Part shown: positions 54,280 to 64,000 of the stretch, piece after piece
Layout: each line of letters begins with the position of its first letter
Numbering within the stretch: the first letter of the stretch is position 1
Origin: the human T2T-CHM13v2.0 reference genome, Homo sapiens
Strand: one strand, 5' to 3'
Assembly: GCF_009914755.1 (NCBI RefSeq)
Contig: NC_060947.1
DNA: 64,000 nucleotides
Translations under genes and position numbers: made by a program
The notes under the pieces: generated by a model
What the model saw: the letters and a program-made list of their open reading frames with translations, nothing else
Databases searched by the model: none
What the model was told of the DNA's origin: nothing

Positions 54280-57260
54280 GGAAGAAACTTGCTCACAGGC
54301 AAAGATAACAATGCATTTAAAAAGCATCGACGTTTAAAAAAATCTAGCATACTATATATGGATTTCACAAAAGCAAACGCATTAGAATATTGAGGATAAT
54401 AATACATAGTTCATCTAATAAGCATACTAAATAATAAAAAAGGAAGATATAAACAACACAAAACAAGAACACAAGAAGATGAGGAAGGAAATCATATCAG
54501 GTTGCAAATATATAATCAATGAAATAAACTTTGCAATAGATAAAATAAAGAACAGAATTGATATATGTGAGTAAGAAGTCAGCAAAATTATAGACAAGAC
54601 TGAAGAAATTTCATAGAAAGAAAAAGGAAAAAAATAGGATGTATAAAAGAAAAGCTAAGATATATACAGCATAGATGTAGGTATCATATCAGAAGGAAAA
54701 ACATAGTAGAATGATATGAAGCAATAATAAAGATTGTTTTTTCCAAATTAAAAGACATGAAAAACCTCAGAGTGAAAGAGCCTATAGAGGGCCAAAGAAG
54801 AGAGATTAGCAACAGTCACACTTACATACACTGAAAGTATATTCATAGAAAATAGAAAAATAAAGAATATATTATAAAAAGCAAAGATCATATGCAAAGT
54901 AACAAAAATCAAATTGACATTAGATTTTTCAACAGTGAAACTGGACTTATGAAAATAACGGAGTCAAATACTTTGAAGTACATAAGGAAAATAACTTAGA
55001 ATGGGCAATTTATATTCAGCCAAATTGTCTTTCAAATGTCAAGTCATTAGAAAAATTATTCTTAAGTACATAAGGCCTCCAGAGTTTTGCCACACAAAGC
55101 CAGCCTCACACTGCAAACAGTTTTGGATGAAGTGCTTAAATAAAACAGACAATACAGGGGATAGTACAAGAGATAAATGAAATTAAGGTGATCAAATATT
55201 TTCATGGAATTATTGGTATTATGTAAAAATCTAATACCAAGGGAATAAAAGAGAAAATACATTAATAGTAACTCAGAATAAAAATTTTAAAATAATATTT
55301 ACATGACAGAATTTGGGAGTCAGAGAGAACAAATGTGAAATCATACTACAGTTATTGCCTTATTAAAATGACAAGATAGCATTTTAAAATTAAAGTGATA
55401 AAGAATAAAGAAGAAAGAAACATGGAAAAATGGAAATAATAAATGAGTATGATTGAAATAGGTCCAATATATCAATGATTATAACAAATGCAAATGGACT
55501 AAGCTGACCAACTAAAGAACAAATATTGACTAACTGGAATAAATGCAAACATATGCAATTTATCATGCAAAGGTTAAAAGTAAAATGATGAAAAAAGACA
55601 AACGGGGCAACTATAAACCCAAAGAGGGCTATCGTAGGTATACAAATGTGATATAAAATAGACATTCACGTGCAAAATGGCATTATTAGGAACGGTAAAG
55701 GTCACCACACGTAAAGATAAATGTTTACATTGAAGAAGATCTAATAAGGTTAAATACGTATGCGCCTACTAAAATAGCTTGAAAATTTATGAAGTAATAT
55801 TTGCTAAATCTGCACAGATAAACTGGTGACACTATCTTCCTTTTGAAAATTTCAACACAACTCTCAATTGATAGGTAAATCAGAAAACGAAATTAAAAAG
55901 GATATAAAAGATACAAATTACACAATTAACAAGCTTTACCTAACGGATATTAGAATACTCTATAATAAATATTAAGATATATTAATCTATGTGGCTTGGT
56001 AGATAGATAGATCAATAGATAGACATGTTACATAGATGATAGTCTTCCAACAATTAGAAAAGTCACATTTTTCTCAAACACACATAAATCATGAAACACT
56101 GTATATGTACTAGGCCATACAATAAAGAAAGCCTCAATGAATTTCAAAGATAAACCATATCATATAATGATCTCATATCACTTCAATTACTTTAGAAATT
56201 AATAATAGGCCGGGTGCGGTGGCTCACACCTGTAATCCCAGCCCTTTGGGAGGCCAAGGCATGCGGATCACGAGGTCAGGAGATCGAGACCATCCTGGCT
56301 AACACGGTGAAACCCCGTCTCTACTAAAAATAAAAAAAAATAGCTAGGCGTAGTGCCAGGCGCCTGTAGTCCCAGCTACTCAGGAGGCTGAGGCAGGAGA
56401 ACAGGAGAACGGCGTGAACCTGGGAGGCAGGGCTTGCAGTGAGCAGAGATCGCGCCACTGCACTCCAGCCTGGGTGACAGAGCGAGACTCCATCTCAAAA
56501 AATAAATAAATAAAATAAAATAAAAATAAATTAATAATAAAAAATGCACCCACCCACATGAAAATTGAATAATATACTTAAACTGAAAAATTCCTTAACA
56601 CTAATGCATTGTGTTCCTTTTCTGAGTCAGAAAAAGAGGAACAGTATAAACCTAGAAAGAATGGAAGAAAAAAGGTGATAACAATAAGAACAGAAATTAA
56701 TGAAATAGAATAAAAGATGCAGTAGAAAAGATTAACAAACAAAACTCTGGCAAAGTTAAGCAAGAGACAATGGAAGAAGCAGCATATTAGAAATGAAAAG
56801 TGAATGTAGTTACAGATACGATGGAGTTTTTACAGGAAAAGAGACTATTCGCAACTATACACCAACAGCTTTGAAAGCTTACACAACATGCAAAAATTTC
56901 TAGAAGAATAGAACATACTAAAACTGAATCAATAATAATTTTATAATGTTTGAATGATCCTATAACTCCAAAGAAATTGAAGCTCTGTTTTAAAATCTTT
57001 CCACAAAGTAAACATCAGATTCACATGGTTTAACATATGAGTTCTACCAAATTTTCAGGAAACAGATCATCCCAAAACAAAGTATTCCAGAAAATGGAAG
57101 AGGAGGGATTGAAGCTCAATTTATTTTATAAGATAATCACAAATCTAACACTAAAACCAGACACAGACATTAAAAGGAAGGACAATTACAGCTTCATGCA
57201 TACGACAGTATAATTATATGATCAGTGCAAAAATGTTCAGGGAAATTATTAGCAAATGTA
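54280..57260 (+). mobile_element. Old L1ME-like ORF1/ORF2 fragments
   Basis: A-rich strand; aaatgcaaatggactaa endonuclease start; gagttctaccaaattttcaggaa. Confidence 0.7.
56208..56530 (+). mobile_element. AluY
   Basis: gatcgagaccatcctggctaacacggtg; TSD aaattaataata. Confidence 0.95.
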
Positions 57261-57459
57261 ATCTACTTTATTTTTATTGTTATAACATATATTTGATTTG
57301 TGTCTTTTTGGTCAGTACTTTATTTGCTCCATGCTTTCCTATAACTTCTTGTTTTTCTAGACTACAACTTTAACATCATTTATATATGTGTATGTATATA
57401 TGTGTGTGCATATATATATATACACATATATACACACATAGATACTGTAATCATCTCTG

Positions 57460-57645
57460 TCACTGCACCTATAATATTATATTGTAGTTCTATCTTTTTG
57501 TATCCAACTACCACTCTGCATCTTCTTTCTGCTTTGTGTGAGCTACATGGGAACGAGGACAATAATTTATTCACTTTTCTATCACCACTGGCTACTGTGT
57601 ATCTTACTGACAACAGATGTTCAATAAATATTTGTTGAATAAATT
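57460..57645 (+). mobile_element. L2 3' end (after a TA/CA microsatellite 57380-57440)
   Basis: gatgttcaataaatatttgttgaataaat. Confidence 0.7.
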
Positions 57646-57998
57646 TATGATTATTTTAGTTCAATATATTACATATACTAAAAGCAGGGACACTAAAATA
57701 GTAATTTATTTGGCACTGAACAGGTGTATTAAGTTACCTGATTTCATTTGGTCAAACTAACAAAGGGAGTGATAAGATATCACTGAATATATTATACTCT
57801 AATGAGGAATCTTTCTTGCTAATACTCTTTTCTTATGTTTTCGATTATTTCTATTATGTCTGTATTAATGTTAATCATACATGGTTTGCATTCTCTATCC
57901 AGTGGATATCCTCTGTACCTCTTGAAGTTCTGATCATGTTATTTGCTGTGTCTGCTGACTCTTACTTGTGGTGTATGCATTCTTTATGTGTTTTGTAA

Positions 57999-58317
<319 letters not shown>

Positions 58318-58339
58318 CCTGAATTTCTTGTTTCTTAAA

Positions 58340-58710
58340 CAGCTTTCTTTGATATATAATTGATATACAAGCAAGTGCACCTATTTAATGTGTACAATTT
58401 AATTAGATATATGAAAACATCCATGATACCTTCTCCCAAAATTTCCATTTGTCCCTTTGTTTTTGTGTTTATTTGTATGTGCGTGTGATAACACATAATG
58501 TGAAACATACCCCAATATAAATCTTTGAAGTGCACAATATTGTATGTTCACCTTAGGTAGTATCATACATGAGATCTCTAAATCAGAATAACTGAAACTT
58601 TACACTCATTGAACAACTCCTCAATTTCCTCAGCCTCTAGACCCTGGCAAGCACTATTGCATTCCCTGCTTCTATGAGTTTGACTATTTTAAATTCCTCA
58701 TGTAGGTGAA

Positions 58711-58788
<78 letters not shown>

Positions 58789-60755
58789 TATATACACACA
58801 TATATATATACACATATATATTATATATATATTTTATATATATATCAGGTTATTTGCTTTTTTGCTCTTAAGTGCTAGGAGCTCCTTATATATTTTGGAA
58901 ATTAACTCCTTATTAGATATAAGATTTGCAAATATTTTCTTCAATTCTGTAGGTTGTCTTTTTACTCCATTAACTGTTTGTTTTGCTGTACAGATGTTTT
59001 TTAGTTGGATATAGTCCCATTTATCTATTTTTGCTTTTGTCACTTGTGCTTTTGATTTCATATTCAAGAAATAATTCCGAAGACTAATGTCAAGAAGCTT
59101 TTCCCCCTGTGTTTTCTCTTAGGAGTTTTTCAGCTTCAGGTCTTACACTAGTTTGTAATCCATTTTGAGTTACTTTTGTATATAGTGAAGGTAGTGGTTC
59201 AATTTGTTTTGCCTGTGGATATATTCAGTTTTCCCAGAATCATTTGTTTGAAAAGGCTATCTTCTATTGTGTACTTTCGGCAACCTCATTGAAAACCATT
59301 TACCATATATGTGTGGGTTTATTTCTGAGCTCTCTTTTCTGTTCCATGGGTCTATAGCTCTATCCTTAGGCCAATACTATACTATCTTATTGTAGCTTTG
59401 TAATATATTTTGAAATCAGGAAATGTGGTGACACTAGCTTTCCTCTTTTTCAACATCTTTGCTGTTATGTAGCTCTGTGGTTCCCTAGGAATTTTAGCAT
59501 TGTGTTTTCTATTCCTACAAAAAATGTCATTGGGATTTTGATGGGGATAGCCCTGAATCTGAACATCACTTTGGGAACTATGTACATTTTATCAATATTA
59601 AGTCTTTCAATCCATGAATATGAGATATTTTCCGATTTATTTGTATCTTTTAATTTTTCTTTTATTAATTGTTGTAGTTTTCAGTGTTAAAGTCTTTTGC
59701 CTCCTTGGTTACGTTTATTCTTAAGAAGTTTATTCTTTTCGATGCATTGTAAATGGTGTTGTTTTATTTTCATTTGTTCTTTGATAGTATGTAGAAATGT
59801 AACTGATTTTTGTATGTTGACCTTGTCTACTACAACTTTATTGAATTTGTTTATTATTTCAGTTTTTTGTGAAGTCTTTAGGATTTTCTACATATAGGAT
59901 CATGTAATCTGCAAACAGAAACAATTGTACTTACTTCTTTTATTTCTTTTTTTCTTACCTAATTACTCTAGCTATAATTTCTAGTACTACTTTGAGTAGA
60001 AGTGGTGAGCATGAGCATCTTTGTCTTATTCCTAATCTCAGAAGACAAACTTTCGATTTTTCAGTGTTGAAAGTGAAGTTAGCTGTGGGCACCTATATTG
60101 ATCAGGGATGCTAGCATGTAATTTTATTTTCTTGTGGTGTCCTTGGCTTTTATATCAGGGTAATGCTGGCCCCATAAAATGAATTTGGAAATGTTCCCTC
60201 CTCTTCAGTTTTCTGGCTTTTCTTTTTTGGGAGTTTTTTTTTTTATTAATAATTCAATCTTCTCACTCATTTTTGGTCTATTCACAATTTCTATTTCTTC
60301 ATGATGAGTATTGATAGGTTGTATATAACTAGAAAGTTTTAAATTTATTTTTGGTTGTCTAGTTTTGCTGACATATTTTCATGGTAATCTCTTAGGATCA
60401 TTTTTATTTCTGTGGCATCAGTTGTAATGTGTCCTCTTTCATTTCTGATTTTATTTATTTGAATCTCCTACATTTTTTCTCCATCTAGCTAAAGGTTTGG
60501 CAATTTTGTTTAGCTTTGTAAAAAACAACTCTTGCTTTCACTGATTTTTTTCTATTGTTTTCCTAGTCTCTACTTTGTTTATTTCTGTTCTAATATCTAT
60601 TATTTCCCACCTTTGGCTAACTTTGGGCTTAGTTGTTTTTTTTTTTTTTTTTTTTCATTTTTTATTTTTTATTTTTTTTAATTTTTTTCCCAGTTCCTTT
60701 CTAGTAAAGTTAGGTTGTATACTTGTGATCTTTCTTCTTTTTTAATGTAAACATT
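58340..60755 (-). mobile_element. L1MA/MB-like element with (TA)n(CA)n at 58713-58845
   Basis: Reverse 3' UTR and ORF2 (gatttgcaaatattttct; gatcatgtaatctgcaaacag; atcagggtaatgctggcc). Confidence 0.85.
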
Positions 60756-61705
60756 TTGAGCAGAGTTTGTGTTTGAGTACCATGCATGAACTAGGTTGAG
60801 GATTTGTACCTCCGAGAAATTTCTATTTTCTTCTGCTGGCTTCCCAATAATATTGCCAGGTCACTGCTACATTTTATGCCAATTACCCAGTGTAAAAATG
60901 TTGGGGGCATGCAAGTAGTATACATTTGAACCCTAAAACAGAGTGCAGACACATGTTTACTAATTCTGCAATTATAACAAGTCTAAATTAGTCAAGCTTT
61001 ATTTTCTTTTTACTCTGTAGATGGACAGGTATTTCCCACCATTCAACTAATGGTGTAACTCATTAGGACATCATTAGGACCTCAGCTATATGCAAGTGCT
61101 TCCATTCTTAAATCCCCATTTTCTATGAGCTCAAAGCCTCCCGTAATCATGACCTTTCAAATACAAACTCCTGACTTATTAAGTAAAGCAAATTCACTCA
61201 GTCTCTTGCTGTGCACTTCTGTTCTCTCTCTTCATTTTATTCCCTAGGATTTCCCTAATTGTATTGTGAGTTCAGGTATTCAGTTGAAATAATGTTGTTT
61301 TATTATATTGGGCATTTCTTGGTGATTTTAGTTTTGTATTTCTGTTTACCTGGAGAGTTTTCAGAATACTTTGTCTGTCATGTTAGTGGAAATGTAAGTC
61401 TGTTTTCTTTTTTATTCATTCATATAAATTCATTTATATCATTTTCTTCAAATCTAAATTGGTGAATATAAAATTTTCACTAAAGATTTTGCAGCAGATA
61501 TATTCTCTATAATTACAAAAGCATCTAACACTCTACAATGTATATCATAAATATCCTAAAAATAAAATGTAAAGATAGATGTTGAAACCAATTGAAAATA
61601 CTGGCATTTTTTATTCATAACCATATGATACTTGGTTATTCACATCTGATCTATTTCTTGCCTTCCTGATATCTTCTAGATTTTGTCATATATATTTTTT
61701 TGCAG

Positions 61706-62081
61706 TTCCTGCCTCTGGCACAGCTAGAAACATAAGCCCATTGGGATTTTCAATACTATGACTATGAATTAAATTACTTTGTCATCTGAACCAGAAAGTG
61801 AACAACAAACTCAGTAACGGTTAAAACCAAAGACTTGACAGGTAACGACAGTCCACCCTCTCCCTCAGCGCATGGAGATTGCAGCAGTTTGTGTTAGAGG
61901 TCTTAAATGTCAAAATTTCCTGCCCAGGATGTAGAAGGTAAAAACATGCTTAATCTTGAACCTCGCAATAGAGTAACTGTTAAGGACAGTTTTTTGATGC
62001 TTCTGGTATAATATTTCCTTGTTTACTTCAAGAGGCACCTTTCGGAATTTCTGGAACAAAGATAAGGTGCCTGTGCTAATA
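61706..62081 (+). pseudogene. Candidate pseudo-exon; 3' half MSKFPAQDVEGKNMLNLEPRNRVTVKDSFLMLLV*YFLVYFKRHLSEFLEQR*GACAN
   Basis: tttttttgcag acceptor, A|gtaagg donor; first half has 5 stops. Confidence 0.4.
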
Positions 62082-62818
62082 GTAAGGTAAAACGACTTGA
62101 AGCTAATGTTTTACTCATTTTTTTCTTTCATTATTTGAGTATAAGTTGCCTAGATGGGTTAACTGCTCTTGAAGCCCGTGCAGACCAGTGATTTCTTTCC
62201 ATATTTCCCTCATCCTGGTAGTCTATGGTGTCTTGTTTGTACTCTGTGTCTTTGCAGCAATGTCTCTTCTCACTTCAGGATGTTGATAGAGCGATAGCTG
62301 GCTGAGCTACAGTTTATGAGTGTACGACAATAAATTACCTCTCGTTTTTGACCTGACAGTCTTAAGTAGATTCATATTATTGCAACTAAGAGTGATTTTT
62401 AAACCACAGTGAAACAGAACAATTTTGTAGCTTTTACCTTTGGATATGGAGTGTAATACGTGATTTAGAGACCTTATATAAATATCCTGTTTTTCCTTTA
62501 TAAAATGTTCTCTTTACAATGCTGACTTCCAAGAACTTATAGAATTATCCATTATTTCCAATTTATTGAACTTTTAAATTGAAAATAACACCTTTTGTAT
62601 ATCTCATCTTTAGTGTTCTCAGATTTGTAGACAGTACAAAAGCTTGATCTAATTTTACCAATATTCTCTAGCACAAAGCTCTCCATAGCCTCATTTCCCA
62701 CTAATCCCTTGTTCATGATGCAGCCACACTGGACTATGGATTTCTTTTATTAATTACCAAAACACTTACCTCATCCCTTTTTCCTACATTAGCCTGTGTA
62801 AGCCAGATAGGAGGCCCT

Positions 62819-63403
62819 GAAGGAAATCTAAGTATTTCATCTCCAAATATATTTCTTTGATATATTTTTACATAGCTCTGCAAAGCTGTCTCTTCTGGGA
62901 GAAATTTACACTCCTTAGAGAATGTTTCCCTTACTAGGTCTTTTCCAGGGGAGTCTGACACCTTTTAAGGTCTCATAAGAGATACTCACCATCTATTCTT
63001 TTTGAAGCTTGCTATCTACAAGTTTCATCTATGTGACAAGAACCTGGGCTTTCACAACCACTCTTATCTTAACTCAAGCTGATTTCAATGCTTTAGGTAG
63101 AGCTTAATTCTTTCAACTAATTGTCAATCAGGAAATCTTTGAATCCACCTATGAACTGGAAGCCCCACTTTGAGATGGCCTGCTTTTCCAGGCCAAACCA
63201 ATGTATACCTTATGTGTAATGATTTATGTCTTTGTCTGTAACTTCTGTCTCCCTAAAATGCATAAAACCAAGCAGTAACCCAACCACACGGGGCACATGT
63301 TCTCAGGACCTCCTGAGGCTGTGTCACAGGCCATAGTTCTTAATCTTGGCAAAATGAACCTCTAAATTGATTGAGATCTAACTCAGATACTTTTTGATTT
63401 ATA
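62819..63403 (+). mobile_element. MER4-group LTR (ERV1) within L2 pieces
   Basis: aatcaggaaatctttgaatccacctatga...gggcacatgttctcaggacctcctgaggctgtgtcac. Confidence 0.85.
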
Positions 63404-63669
63404 CCTGTCAACTCTTGAAGGTGGAGAATCTGTCCTTTTTTATCTTTAATCTTCCATGGTGTCTAGGCTTTCTTGATAAGAGTAGGTGTTCAACAAATGC
63501 TGAACTGAATTAAACCTAAAATCCAAATTTAGACATCACTTATTTTCTTTGTAGAGCAAAATTGCCACAATTTCCACAGATATCTAATTAACTCAAATTT
63601 CATATTTTATGTTCTTATTTTTTATTCTTCTCTTTTTTTTTCCAATATGAGGATGAAACTTCAGTCAGG

Positions 63670-64000
63670 TTGTATTTTGTCAGAGTTCTACAGAGGGATA
63701 GAGCTACAAGAATATATGTATGTATGAAAGGGAATTTATTAAGGAGAACTGACTCACATGAGCACAACGTAAAGTCCCACGATAGGCTGTCTATAAGTTG
63801 AGAAGAAAGGAAGCCAGTAGTGGCTCAGCCCAAGTCCCAAAACCTCAAAAGTAGGGAAGCTGACAATGCAGCCTTCATTCTTTGGCCAAAGGCCTGAAAG
63901 CCCCTGGTAAACCACTGGTGTAAGTCCAAGAGTCCAAAAACCGAAGAGCCTGGAGTCTGATGTTTGAGGGCAGGAAGCATCTAGCATGGGAGAAATGATG
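63670..64000 (-). mobile_element. MLT2B-like LTR (runs off the window)
   Basis: tttattaaggagaactgactcac...aaacctcaaaagtagggaagctgac...ggtgtaagtccaagagtccaaa. Confidence 0.85.

Overview
AT-rich, repeat-dense hominoid genomic DNA (human/great-ape-like, since it has AluY, THE1 and an SVA). I see no intact protein-coding gene, and most ORF-track entries are Alu, L1, LTR or SVA shadows. Two things stand out. (1) The repeat-free islands hold about 25 + strand exon-like segments (pyrimidine tract + AG ... GT). Many join in compatible phases and translate, with scattered stops and frameshifts, into a protein showing several RGS-domain-like sequence patterns. This suggests a decayed multi-exon (unprocessed, possibly unitary) pseudogene with an RGS22/RGSL1-like multi-RGS architecture, spanning the whole window. 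The RGS call is by-eye pattern matching, not a database hit. (2) The SVA at 38062 carries a ~1.5 kb 3' transduction, shown by a perfect 15-bp target-site duplication (TSD) at 38047-38061 and 41175-41189. Repeat subfamily names are from recalled consensus sequences, and boundaries without TSDs are approximate.
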